Of a stretch of 64,000 nucleotides of DNA, positions 21,273-33,934 are shown piece after piece. The DNA is from Eledone cirrhosa (Eukaryota): assembly GCA_964016885.1 (NCBI GenBank), contig OZ024743.1, forward strand, positions 291,896,001 to 291,960,000. The letters run 5' to 3'. Positions within the stretch are counted from its first letter, which is position 1; the number at the start of each line of letters is the position of its first letter. The translations under genes and the position numbers were made by a program. A model generated the notes under the pieces. The model ran no database searches. It worked only from the letters and a program-made list of their open reading frames with translations, and had not been told where the DNA came from.

Positions 21273-22720
21273 GCGAGAAGGAGTTGGATGTACTTGTTAA
21301 AACTGTCCGTATTCTAGCAATGGTATATGTATGGAGTTTGGTGTTAATTAGTATGGAGTCCAAGTGAGGAAGAGGGGTATATTGAACAGGAACAACGGAA
21401 TCCAGGTACCAACAGGTGAGATGATAAAGAAATCGACACTGAAGAGGGATACAAATATCTGAGTGCTCTAAAGGCAGATGACATCAAGAACAATAAAATG
21501 AAGGAATTGATATGATCTGAATACATAAGAAGAGAAAGGAACATACAAAAATCACATTTAAATAGTAGGAATATCATAAGTGCAGTAAATTCCCGAACTG
21601 TGTCTATTAATAGGTACAGTGCGGGAATTCTGTAATGGAATGTTACTGAACTAAAAGAAATAGATAGAAATTGTAGGAAGTTAATAACTACCTACAGCAT
21701 GCTCCACAAGAGGGGTGATGTCGATAGGCTCTACTTGGAGTGATCTGAAGGTTGAAGATGTCTTATTAGCATAGAGGTCTGTGTTTAGAGGGAGAAAAGC
21801 AGTCTGCACAAATATGTGTCTGAGTGTAGGGAGCCAATGCTCAAAGTTGTACTGAAGGAGAAGACAATAGACCAGGGGATGTCCAAAGAGGAAATAACAG
21901 CAAAGAGGTAGAGCAAGCTTCACGAAAGATCCCTTCATAGCACATTCTTTAAGAACACGGAATTCAGAGATCCACAGATGTGAGCTGGTTAAAAAGAGGG
22001 ACCTTAAGAAAGCTACAGAAGGAATGTAAATGGTTGCACAAGAGCAAGGCCTTAGAACGAGTGGTTGAAACACCATATTGACAATGAGTAGGCTGGCTCA
22101 CTCTGTAGGATCTGTGGAGAGAGAGAGAGGAGAATGTATCTCTCATTGTATCCAAGTGTAAACACTTAGCCCAGCCTCACTATAAAGGCTGAAGGCATGA
22201 TATGATAGGAAAGGTGATTCACTGGCATTTATGCAACGTGTTATTAGCATAAAGCAGAGTCGATGATAGAAAACGATCACGTAAAGGTGCTATATGATTT
22301 CAGGATACAGACAGACATGAAATTAGAACACAATAGGCCTGACCTGGTGGTTTTTGACAAGGGAGAAAATCGTGCCTGATTGTAGATGTAGCTTGCCCAT
22401 TTGACACACGAGTGCAAGAAAATGAGATGGAGAAAATTAACCGATACGAGGATTTAAAGTGAGAGTTAAAAAGGTTTCGGGACTGTCATGAGGCCAAGTC
22501 CGTCCCGTACTACCTCAAAGAGTTTTCAAGGATAGTTAAAGAACATTAGTCTAACCCTCTTTTTTTGGAACACTTCAAAAGTCATGCTTGCTGGGAAAAG
22601 CAAGAACCCTCCGATACGTCCTGAACATCTGAGGCTGCAGGTAGCGGCTTGATGATCATTTGAACAAACTTTCCAGTTAAATAACATCAATGACTGAGAC
22701 TACAACATGATCATCAACAA
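21273..22720 (+). mobile_element. 5'-truncated, decayed R4/Dong-type (restriction-like endonuclease) non-LTR element
   Basis: Hand translation gives GYKYL, LNSRNIISAVN, CRICGEREENV..CKHL..RHD..IHWHLC, NRPDLVVFDK, IVDVACPFD with stops; right boundary approximate. Confidence 0.8.
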
Positions 22721-22934
22721 CAACAAAAGCAAGTAGAAGAAGATATAAATATAGATGTGTCTGTATGCATTATGTATGTATGTATTATATATAAATATAT
22801 TATACTGCCAGAAGAATTTATATTTAATTATAGCTGTAAAATGAAATAATCATGTAACTATAAATCGATGTCTAACTTTAAAGTTGACACTGGATTGATT
22901 TATGATATTTAATTTCTTAATAGATGTAGAATGT

Positions 22935-22977
<43 letters not shown>

Positions 22978-23199
22978 GTCTAATATTATTATTTGTCGAT
23001 CACTATTCGTCTTCTTATTTTGTTCTTATTTTCAAGAATCTTCAAGGTTATGTTATCATGTCCCTGTACTTGGGTGGAGTATATAACCGATTGACAAATA
23101 TAGAGATTTTATTTCTTTTCTGGTGGTGTTCTAGCTTAAATGAAATTTTCAGCAGTTTCCTTAGAATGGAGAATTGAAAGGATCTTCAATAGGATATAT

Positions 23200-23274
<75 letters not shown>

Positions 23275-24252
23275 ACTTCCTGTATATATATATATTTCTA
23301 TATATTTCATACTTAACGACCAAATATATGTATATAAATATATATACATAATCATATATGTATGTGTATATCGCTGGTACCAATTTCAGTGAAGTCATTT
23401 ATATATGGAACATTTTATTTTGAGAGACAAACGATATACATCTATTATTGAATATATGCATGCAAATATGCGCAGGCATACACACGTGCAGCCAGCAAGA
23501 AGAATACATTCTCTTATATATCTATACGTAATACAATTGAGATTGATAAAGCGATAACGTAACATGTGCATGTAAATATTAGATATTCACATACTCATAC
23601 AAACACACATACAACCACACCTACTTATATAACCACATACACATATGTCCAAGTATACATTTGTATATATATATATATACTTATAATCATATGTATATAC
23701 ACTCACATAAATATGTATATATTTGTGTGTATGCACCTATGTAAGCAAGTATTTATTCATGTGTATATGTAATACATGTCCGTCACTGTTTAAGCACGCT
23801 AAGTTTGAGGATTCTAGATTCAACGAAACGAAATTTTAATTAAATATTTGATCGGAGAGTTTTCGGGAGAAATAAGAACGGAATGCAATAAATGAAACAC
23901 TAAAACAACAAAATACTGACATAAGATAAGAAAACTATAAACAAATAAAACGAAAATAAATCCTGAAACATAATTCTGAAATAAATAGATAATAAAATAA
24001 ATACACGGTAAAGTATATACCGTATAGAAAAAATAAATAAAATGGCCTTCTACTTTTAATTAAACAAAGGTTTAAGTAACAGATTTCTATTGAGCTGTGC
24101 ATGTTGTTCAACCACTGAATATCTTTACGCATGCGCTAACAATAAATGTGTATATGTAAATAAACATGAAAATACAGCATACACAAATACACACACACAA
24201 ACACACACACATATATTTTTATATATATATATATATATATATACATATATAT

Positions 24253-24317
<65 letters not shown>

Positions 24318-24567
24318 ATGCATAAGATTGAGCGAGAGAGTGATAGGTTAATAGGTAAATAGAGAGCGAGAAAGAAACGGAGAATGCGAGAAATACGTAG
24401 TATGATTATGGGCGAGTTGACACTGATGTGCATATATGCGTGTAAGCATTTATTATTATTAGATTACTAAGTGGATAGACCATATGTAGTCCCGTTTTAA
24501 ACTGATTACTTAACTTTCGAATTAATTAAAGTAAGATGCCTTATATATAAATATATATACAATTTAA

Positions 24568-24835
24568 AGACCCCATTCGGTCACGAAGACCCGCTGAGCA
24601 CATGAATATCAGTCGCCCTTATCCACACCACTGATTTTGTGTTAATGAAAGGCAATGTGGCAAGGTCTCATAAGGTTTGACACAAGTGACGTTCCAACTT
24701 TATTCGTTCCACTTGAGTGAACTGGAGCAATTGTGAAATAACGTATCTTCCTTGGGAACACGACAAAATATACCAATGCAGAAATCTATCATAAATTTCC
24801 CATTGTAAGCCAAATGCACTAACTACTACACCAGA
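24568..24835 (-). mobile_element. Degenerate tRNA-derived SINE
   Basis: Minus strand reads GGTGTAGTAGTTAG..GTGTTCCCAAGGAAGATACGTTATTTCACAATTGCTCCAGTTCACTCAAG, similar to mollusc SINE bodies (from memory). Confidence 0.5.
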
Positions 24836-25239
24836 ACATATATATGTATATACACACACACACTACAACAAACTCATGTTTACACACGTGCACAAGTATA
24901 GCTCTTTTTACAAAACGGTTTTTTATCCATTTTTGGTAGACGCGCTCCATCATCCACTATTCTAAAAAAGAATTCATACACAAAACGCCAGCACCAACAG
25001 TTTTGCAAGAGATTTTTATTTTCTGTCTAAAGATATTTTTTCCAATTTCATCCCGCCCAATCTATTTTATTTCTCATTCTTTCTTCTGATGAAGGACAAG
25101 TGTTAGAAAAGATAAGACCCTCTTCCTGCTATATCAAGCGTTAACCTAATATATCCCTTCCATATACTGTACCGATTGTGTTATTTCTGTTTACCTTTTA
25201 CGCACACACACACACACACACACACACACCCACACCCAC

Positions 25240-25354
<115 letters not shown>

Positions 25355-25363
25355 TATACATTT

Positions 25364-25441
<78 letters not shown>

Positions 25442-26020
25442 TTATTTATTTATTTATATTCATATATTCTTGTATGTCAGTGTGTATTTATGTGTAATTA
25501 TTAGCGGATGAAAATGATAATATCAGTTTGATACGAATCAATGTTTTTATCAAACCTAATATAACAATTATCTTTTATCGTTGAATAAATCTTTATATGT
25601 TTGCTGTTGCTGAGAACGTTAATTTCACACCAGTAAATTGATAATATATATTATAATCAGACAACCGTACATATCATGCTTTCATATAATTCGATGCATT
25701 AAATATTTGCACTTTCAGTTTCTCATGTATGACATTGGCCATCTCTTGACCTCAGTATATATTAAATCAGTGGCGTTTTTTTATTTACTTATTTATATTC
25801 AAATAGTTCAGATAGAAATGATTAGTACTTAATGTCCAGTCAATTGCGGCTTATTTGTAGGTGTATTCTTAATATTAATTAAAAACACTGATTTCAGTAA
25901 TTTTAACTACCTATAGATCGTTTCAGTTTCACTTCCATCAGGTAGCAAGTTGGGCAAACATCTACTATACAAGTGTGAATGAGAATTGTCTTCGGATAAA
26001 TTTTGGCTCTTGCAAGTGAT

Positions 26021-26050
<30 letters not shown>

Positions 26051-26056
<6 letters not shown>

Positions 26057-26456
26057 AAAGAATGGAGGTGTAACACACAAGTTATTATATATTGGTAAAC
26101 GGAATAGAAAATGCTGACAAATTGTTCACAGTTGAAAAATGGTTTAATTAGGAATAAAAGAGTATTAGTGATTGTATGGGTTAGTATTCAGTTGTGGTTT
26201 TAAGTTTTTAAGTTTTTACCGGTTGCGCATTTCTAAATGCTTTTCAAAAATAATTTTGAGATAGAGTGTCCGTGCTGTTTGCTCTGATCTGATTAGTTTT
26301 GGGAATTCTACCTGTTTTTATGTTAAAAAAATGGCTCCAGCGTTATTTTTGTGTTGTAAAAATGCTTGTGGTCAAAACAATTTTGATTGGTCGGTAGAGG
26401 TCATGTGAATGTAAAAAGTTGATTTTGCGCCAAGACTGTTTTTATGTTAAAATGTT
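26051..26456 (-). repeat. 3' pseudo-LTR of the PLE
   Basis: Matches 30866-31270; I saw only one substitution (AATGGAGG vs AATAGAGG). Confidence 0.9.
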
Positions 26457-26571
26457 AGAAAAGTGGCTCCAGCAAAGATTATGGTCAAAACAATTTTGAT
26501 TGGTCGGTAGAGGTCATGTGGATAAAAAATTGGTTTTGCGCCAAGATTGAGAAATGACTCTTTCACAACAA

Positions 26572-26617
<46 letters not shown>

Positions 26618-27021
26618 TAGTAGTAGTAAGGTATTCGATGCTGCGACAATAGCCACCAGCGATGTGTGTCAAATGGCTATTAAGATAAGTGTGTGTGTGT
26701 GTGTGTGTGTGTGTGCGTACATACACACAGCAGAGTCATTCGAAGGTCAAAAGATATTTTTCAGCTTTTGTCTTATACGGAGAAGTGCGCGTGTGTGTGT
26801 GTGTGTGTGTATAAGTCTCTTTGTATGTTGATGTACGCGTGTGTATGTGTCTGTGTATATATGTGTGTGTGTGTGTGTGTGCGTGTGTGGGTGGACCAGT
26901 ATTTTTTTCCCCCCCTGGTAAAATGGTGTACATTATTCGATTTTTTCAGTAAAATCGGTTCTCTTAATAGAACATCAACAATCTTAACAATAAAAGGTGT
27001 GAAATGATATTCACTATATAC

Positions 27022-27065
<44 letters not shown>

Positions 27066-27243
27066 TTTCACTACATACACATATATATATATATACATAT
27101 ATACATACATATATATGCACATATATTTTTTTGTATTGCACCATAGAGCATGTGTGTTTACGTGTGTCATTGTGCCTATATGTGGGTAGAGATGTGTGCT
27201 GATGTAGGTATGTATGTTGACGTGTGTATGTTGTGGGTTCGTC

Positions 27244-29568
27244 TTAGGGAGAAGTGTTTAGACGGGGTCCGTATTTGTTAATGAAGTAAGATTCCTTGCT
27301 GATGCGCTGGGTGTGGGTGGCATTATCTTTAAATTTGTAGAGGGGAAAGATTCTGAAGTTGGGATGATTTTGGGCGGCGCAGGTATCAATGTGTTCACTC
27401 AGTGGTATTTTCCTGTATTCCCGTATTTTAATTTGGGATCTATGGACAGTCATGCGTTGGCGGAGGCTGTTTTTGGTCTGGCCTATGTATTGTTCTCGAC
27501 AACCTGAACAAGTTAATACATATATTAAATTTTCCGATGCACATGTGAAATTGTGTTTTACTATAAAACGTTGTCCATCTTTGAAATAGAATTCCGAACC
27601 CTCTATTAGGTTGATGCAAATGCCACAGTTGGGTCTATCGCATTTTTTTACTGTGGGTTTCGTTGTTGTGGTTGGCAGTACTTTGGCATGTGTTAAGATG
27701 TTTTTCATTGACTTGGATTGTCTTTTGCTTTTTATGAGATCGTGTGTTCGTAGAATTTGGTTCATTCTATGGTCCTTTTTCAATACAGGGATGTTCTGGA
27801 GGATGGTGTCAAAGGCCTCGTTGTTGAGGGGGTTGTGTGTGGAGATGTATGGAAGAGCTTTTAGTTTTGGTTGATTTACTTTAGGGTGTCTAAGGTCCTG
27901 GGTACTGAGTTTTAGGGCACGTTGGATTCCATTGTCAATTAGTGATGCAGGGTAGTCCCTGCCTATGAGTGTGTCCTTTAGTTCTTGTAGCCGTAAGTAG
28001 CAGATGTTTTTATTGGAGACTATAGTACAGATTCTCTTGGCTAAGTTGTAGGGAATATTAATTTTAACGTGTCTAGGGTGGCAAGAGTTGAAGGGGAGGT
28101 ATTGCTTGGAGTCTGTGGGCTTGTAGTATATGTCTGTTTCTATTTTTTTGTTATGGATCTTAATGAGGATGTCGAGGAAGGGGAGTTGTTGATGGCTGTA
28201 TTCCATTGTGAAGTTAATATTTGTGTTGAGTCCATTTATAAGGGTGTGAAATTCTTTAAGTTTTTCGATGTTTTCGTGCCAAAGGATGAAGCAGTCATCA
28301 AGATATCGCTTCCAGTTCCTTTCAATGTGTAAGTGGAGGGTGTTTCCAAATTTGTTTAGGACTTTAGTGTAGAGGGTGATTTCCAGGTATCCCATGACTA
28401 GGTTGGCATACGTAGGGGCTGTTTTCGTTCCCATAGCGGTCCCAGATTTCTGCCTGTAGGGTTTGTTATTGAAAACGAAGTAATTGTTCTCCAAGATAAA
28501 TTTGAGTCCCTCTATCACGAATTCTTTTTTGATGCGTTGTGGGAGTTCATTGTGGAAGTTATCCAGCCAGAATTGGATAGCTTCTATTCCTAGGTTGTGG
28601 GGGATGTTGGAGTATAGGTTGACTACATCGAACGTCACTAGTAGGGTTTGTTCAGAAAGTGGCATATTAGGGAGGTGATTGAGCATATCTAGGTCGTCCC
28701 TTATATAGCTTTTGATGTGCTTGAGGAAGGGTTTGAGAAGGGTATCAATGAAGTTGCTAAGACGGTGCGTTTCGCAAGCGGGGCCTGCTATTATAGGTCT
28801 TAATTTGAGATCATTGGGTGAGGGGACATTGATGACTATGTCTGTGGCTTCCTTGCATGCCTTACTGATTGATTCGCTTTTATGTACTTTAGGGATACCG
28901 TAGAAAAGGCTGGATTTACTTGTGAAGTCTGTGATGAAGCTGAATTCCTTGTTAGTGAGTCCTTCTTTGTATTGGTTGATTAGAGTTTTTAGGTTTCTCA
29001 TAATTTTCTGTTGATTGTAGTGTTCAGCCTTTTCGTAGTATGTTTCGTTTTCCAAAGTGGAGAGCGCTAAGTTGATATAGAATTCTGTCTCCATTAGGAC
29101 TACTGTACTCCCTTTATCAGCCTCTTTAATTGTAATGGTTCTGTCGGTTTTTAATCTATTTAATTCTTCCCATTCTTTCTTGTTGAGGTTTGGCTTGTGT
29201 TTTTGTCTGTGCAAGTGTTGGTAAGGGAAGTTTGTGATGTGTTCACAGAATTCGTCCAGGATTTTATTTCTACCTTTTGAAGGGGTGTAATTGCTTCTAT
29301 TTCTGGCTAATGATTCATCCTCATTGTACTGGTCGAATAGTTGTTCACTAAGTCGTAACTTTCTACAGAAGTCTGTGATGTCTTCCTTCATTTCATAGTA
29401 GTTAGGACGTAGTGGGGTCGGTGTGAATTTAAGACCTTTGGAGAGTAAGTTGATAAGGTTGGGTGTTGGTTCTGCACTAGTAAGATTGATAATTTTTATT
29501 ACTATCGGTTTCTCCTCCCTGTCTTGTGTTATTTTGTTTGCCTGTATCTGTGTGCTGTGTCTAAAAAA
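27244..29568 (-). CDS. PLE reverse transcriptase + GIY-YIG endonuclease (first ATG 29391; frame open and conserved further upstream)
   Basis: IINL..LLSKGLKFTPTP upstream of the ATG; ADKG, YGIPKVHK, LRPII, FDVVNLY, GTAMG, RYLDD, LPFLD, YYKPT; CDRPNCGIC linker; LIY..CSGC..YIGQT..R..H; RLN. Confidence 0.93.
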   Translation of the reverse strand, partial: FFRHSTQIQANKITQDREEKPIVIKIINLTSAEPTPNLINLLSKGLKFTPTPLRPNYYEMKEDITDFCRKLRLSEQLFDQYNEDESLARNRSNYTPSKGRNKILDEFCEHITNFPYQHLHRQKHKPNLNKKEWEELNRLKTDRTITIKEADKGSTVVLMETEFYINLALSTLENETYYEKAEHYNQQKIMRNLKTLINQYKEGLTNKEFSFITDFTSKSSLFYGIPKVHKSESISKACKEATDIVINVPSPNDLKLRPIIAGPACETHRLSNFIDTLLKPFLKHIKSYIRDDLDMLNHLPNMPLSEQTLLVTFDVVNLYSNIPHNLGIEAIQFWLDNFHNELPQRIKKEFVIEGLKFILENNYFVFNNKPYRQKSGTAMGTKTAPTYANLVMGYLEITLYTKVLNKFGNTLHLHIERNWKRYLDDCFILWHENIEKLKEFHTLINGLNTNINFTMEYSHQQLPFLDILIKIHNKKIETDIYYKPTDSKQYLPFNSCHPRHVKINIPYNLAKRICTIVSNKNICYLRLQELKDTLIGRDYPASLIDNGIQRALKLSTQDLRHPKVNQPKLKALPYISTHNPLNNEAFDTILQNIPVLKKDHRMNQILRTHDLIKSKRQSKSMKNILTHAKVLPTTTTKPTVKKCDRPNCGICINLIEGSEFYFKDGQRFIVKHNFTCASENLIYVLTCSGCREQYIGQTKNSLRQRMTVHRSQIKIREYRKIPLSEHIDTCAAQNHPNFRIFPLYKFKDNATHTQRISKESYFINKYGPRLNTSP

Positions 29569-30839
29569 TGGTTGGGGTAGAGGGGTTGTCTGCTGATGTT
29601 AAGTGGTCTCCTGTGCTTGTTATATTCCTTGTTGTTGTAAAATGTGGTTCGGGTTGGTGGTTGTAGATTGAATGGGGTGTTCCTGTACTGCGAGTATGGG
29701 TGTGTGTTTCTATGTGCCATGTTGTATTGTGGTGTTATAAGTGGCCTACGTTGTTGGTTGTATCGTGTGGTGTGGGTTTGTTGTGTATTGTGGAAGTGAG
29801 AGTTGAGAAAATGGTAATTACCTTGCTGTCCCCTTGAGGCGGGGAAGTTGTTGCATCTATCATGGCGGTGGTATCTTTTCCCTATGTTTGACGATGAGGA
29901 ATCCGCGTAGTAGTTGAGTGATTTGGTATGGTGTCTCCTTGAAGGGGGAAAGTTGTAAATGTCATTCTGGGGGAGATGATTTCTTGGGTTTTTGTTCCTT
30001 CTTATGGTAGCGAGGTTGGGAAGTTCATCTTCGGTGTGGTGCTTCCTTCTTCGTTTGTTTGAGGCTTGGGGGTTTGAGAAGTTGTTGTGCGGTTCAGTTA
30101 TGGGTTTTCCTATTTTTATGAACGGGTTATTGGAGGTGTAATCCGTTTGAAAAGTCGATTCATTGTGTAGGAACCAAGCGGCACTTTTTTCCCAGCGTTG
30201 AAGGGATTTCAGTTCTTCTCTGTTGCAGTCCCCTTTCCATAATTTGGAGATCTTCTCTACCTTGGGGCCTTCAGTTTTGTTGTTGATTTCCAGGAGGATC
30301 TCTTCATCGATGGTTTTGATTTTTTCCTCATTTGTCTGGGCCCTCAGTTTAAGAAGTTCAATTTCTGTCTTCATTTTTTCCAATGCCATTCTTTCCCTAA
30401 GGTGTCTTTGAGGTTCGGGTTCATTTGGAATGGACTTTATTTGTAGTTTACGGGGGAGAGTTAGAGGGGTTGAGTTAAGCCATTTTTCATATATCTCTGC
30501 TTTGTTGTGATTTTGTATCATCTTCCAGAATGAGAACTTTCTGTCTCTGAGGGATTTGTTCCATTTTGGAATTGTTCGAATTTTCATTTTGTGTGAATCA
30601 ATCTCACATGGTTCTTCGTTGGTTTTTCCTGGGTTGGTAGTAGTGAACATAGTTTGGATAGTATCGCAAAGGTTTTGGAGTTTGTCGCCGATTTCGGAGG
30701 GTTTGTATCCGGTGGCGGTTTCCTTATTTGTGGAGTCAAGTTTGTCGACCAGCAAAGATAGGTTGGTGTTGATTTTCTTGAGTTCCTGTAGGATCTCTTC
30801 ATTTGAGTTGATGAGGGTTGTATCCGTTTTTGTTGGCAT
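29529..30839 (-). CDS. PLE upstream ORF1, coiled-coil N-half and basic N/H/R-rich C-half (~436 aa from ATG 30839)
   Basis: Long intact ORF beginning just inside the 5' pLTR; heptad-like EEILQELKKINTNL and ALEKMKTEIELLKLR segments; overlaps the RT frame. Confidence 0.8.
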   Translation of the reverse strand: MPTKTDTTLINSNEEILQELKKINTNLSLLVDKLDSTNKETATGYKPSEIGDKLQNLCDTIQTMFTTTNPGKTNEEPCEIDSHKMKIRTIPKWNKSLRDRKFSFWKMIQNHNKAEIYEKWLNSTPLTLPRKLQIKSIPNEPEPQRHLRERMALEKMKTEIELLKLRAQTNEEKIKTIDEEILLEINNKTEGPKVEKISKLWKGDCNREELKSLQRWEKSAAWFLHNESTFQTDYTSNNPFIKIGKPITEPHNNFSNPQASNKRRRKHHTEDELPNLATIRRNKNPRNHLPQNDIYNFPPSRRHHTKSLNYYADSSSSNIGKRYHRHDRCNNFPASRGQQGNYHFLNSHFHNTQQTHTTRYNQQRRPLITPQYNMAHRNTHPYSQYRNTPFNLQPPTRTTFYNNKEYNKHRRPLNISRQPLYPNHFLDTAHRYRQTK

Positions 30840-30865
30840 TTTCTGTATCTCGTGTGAGGATATGA

Positions 30866-31270
30866 TAGTTAAAAGAATAGAGGTGTAACACACAAGTTAT
30901 TATATATTGGTAAACGGAATAGAAAATGCTGACAAATTGTTCACAGTTGAAAAATGGTTTAATTAGGAATAAAAGAGTATTAGTGATTGTATGGGTTAGT
31001 ATTCAGTTGTGGTTTTAAGTTTTTAAGTTTTTACCGGTTGCGCATTTCTAAATGCTTTTCAAAAATAATTTTGAGATAGAGTGTCCGTGCTGTTTGCTCT
31101 GATCTGATTAGTTTTGGGAATTCTACCTGTTTTTATGTTAAAAAAATGGCTCCAGCGTTATTTTTGTGTTGTAAAAATGCTTGTGGTCAAAACAATTTTG
31201 ATTGGTCGGTAGAGGTCATGTGAATGTAAAAAGTTGATTTTGCGCCAAGACTGTTTTTATGTTAAAATGT
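30866..31270 (-). repeat. 5' pseudo-LTR of the PLE
   Basis: Direct repeat of 26051-26456. Confidence 0.9.
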
Positions 31271-31304
31271 TATTGTCGCAGCATCGAATACCTTACTACT
31301 ACTA

Positions 31305-31372
<68 letters not shown>

Positions 31373-31855
31373 TTGTTGTGAAAGAGTCATTTCTCAATCT
31401 TGGCGCAAAACCAATTTTTTATCCACATGACCTCTACCGACCAATCAAAATTGTTTTGACCATAATCTTTGCTGGAGCCACTTTTCTAACATTTTAACAT
31501 AAAAACAGTCTTGGCGCAAAATCAACTTTTTACATTCACATGACCTCTACCGACCAATCAAAATTGTTTTGACCACAAGCATTTTTACAACACAAAAATA
31601 ACGCTGGAGCCATTTTTTTAACATAAAAACAGGTAGAATTCCCAAAACTAATCAGATCAGAGCAAACAGCACGGACACTCTATCTCAAAATTATTTTTGA
31701 AAAGCATTTAGAAATGCGCAACCGGTAAAAACTTAAAAACTTAAAACCACAACTGAATACTAACCCATACAATCACTAATACTCTTTTATTCCTAATTAA
31801 ACCATTTTTCAACTGTGAACAATTTGTCAGCATTTTCTATTCCGTTTACCAATAT
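31271..31855 (+). repeat. Inverted copy of the PLE 3' region
   Basis: Reverse complement of ~26087-26650; gives ~365-bp inverted arms with 30903-31270. Confidence 0.9.
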
Positions 31856-33934
31856 ATATATATATATATATATATATTTCTTAAAATAACAGATTAAAGT
31901 TTAAGCAAAGAATTGGTGTTTTCACCCTTAATAGAAAGTCTGAGATATTCTCTTCTTGCCCCCACGCCATTTCTAATTCTTACTTTTATTATAAACCCAA
32001 ACGTTCTAGTAGTACAAATTGTACCCATTAGCAGATATATTCCATTACTTATTTTTTAGTTTAGGTTCTTTTGTTTGCCAACATTATTGCTATCATCATT
32101 ATTACCATTGGATTTTGATGACTCTTTATTCTAGCTCTCATAATCATTTGGCTACTGTACCATATCTATGTTTTCACTATTACACCTTGTTAATATATAT
32201 AAGATTACGCACTTTACGCCATTTACTTTATTTTATTATTATCTTTATTTTTATTTTTATTATTAATTATATTTTTAATTTTATTTTTAATTTTATTCAG
32301 ATTCATCTTTGGATAACCCCTCCCCTCCCATCCCACATCCCCCATCCCCCCATGCGCACATAAACTTATTGTCAACCCCTCCAGATTGACTATGATTATA
32401 TTTAACCCCCCCCTCTTTTACGCTCCGTTCTATTATTTATTATAGTATATCGACTATATTTTATGCCCCTTTGCACCCTCCATATATTTCTTCAATTCTG
32501 TCCCTATTAGCCTACCTTAATTCTACTTAAGTCAGTTTTTTAGATATCGTTATGTATATGATAGTAAAACATTTCATTCCTTTTTGTAAACATTTGTAAC
32601 GAAACATTAAAGTTTATAAACTTTAATGACTTAAACTACAGCTAATATTATACTACCTTATTGGATAGTTTTAATATTTTTAATATTAATTTATCAAATA
32701 GGGTTTTGAGTCAATTAAAGTGATTGTTTTCCTTAGATTTTACCTAACTACTTAACCGCATGTGAGACCTAAATGTGTATATATTTGTTTTTGTTTTGTA
32801 ATTTCCGGTTGATTATATTTATTTATTTTATTCTATATTTTATATTCTATTTACTATTTACTGTCTGGCTTTACTTACACATCCACATATGTCTGTCTAC
32901 TAACCTTGTAATTATAAGTATTTATATATTATTTTATGTCAATTTATTTTATATAATATATTATAAAATATTGTATTGTAATATTGATCCTTATTACTTA
33001 CTGTTCATTATATGTAACATTATGATATTTAAACTTTATATATCATGTAAGATGTCTGTATTTTTGTAATATTGTAATATTGATCCTTATTACTGTTCAT
33101 TATGTGTAACATTATGATATTTAGACTTTACATATCATGTAAGATGTCTGTATATTTTTTTCTGTACTATCATAATTTTTTCTGTACCATCATAGTGTTT
33201 TTTGAGTATTGTATAATTTATTTTTCCTCATTTACTCTGTAACCCAGTATGAATCGATTTGTATATATTGTTTATTGTAAATGTTAGTACATTGTTAACA
33301 TATTATCATTATATTATTATTGTAACATCTATATTGTTTGTGTAAATTAACCGGGGATTATCTATTATATTATATTGAATTATATAATGTTATTGTTTAT
33401 TATTTATTATATGTGTCTCTTGTAATTATATCATATTATTGCCTCATGTATATTGGGTAGATGTATTGGTATTATTATTATTTTCACTCTTATCATGCTT
33501 ATTTTTATATTCAAACTTCTAATAAGGCTTAATTTGTGTAGTTGAACATAGATGTGCGTATTGTTGTATGTGTGTGTGTGTGTGTGTGTGCGCACATATA
33601 TACATGTATATATTGTACCTTTTGATTTTTAATTGTAATTTTAATGTTGGTAAAGGTATATTATTATAATGTATTATGTTATATTACATTGTGTTATATA
33701 TAATTCCTGCTCTATATAACCACATTTGTTTAGCTTTAGGTTAGTTGCTTTGGACTATATTTGTAATATGGTTCTTAATGTTATATACATCCTTAGTTAT
33801 TCTTATTATATATTTTTATTATTTTTATTTTTATTTTTATTATATATTTTTGCAAGACTTTAGTGTATGTACACTCCATATTCTTCGGAGCTTCCGGCTT
33901 GTATCTGCCGATATTACTTCTTGTTGTTTTGATT

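Larger units (their letters stand above)
26051..31855 (-). mobile_element. Young two-ORF Penelope-like element (Neptune-type) with direct and inverted pLTRs, set in (TA)n
   Basis: RT + GIY-YIG ORF, upstream coiled-coil ORF, near-identical direct repeats 26051-26456 / 30866-31270, inverted copy 31271-31855; (TA)n on both flanks. Confidence 0.93.

Noticed and set aside
25083-25120. CTGATGAAGGAC..GAAA hammerhead-like motif
   Set aside because: Stems II and III are broken; at most a dead remnant.
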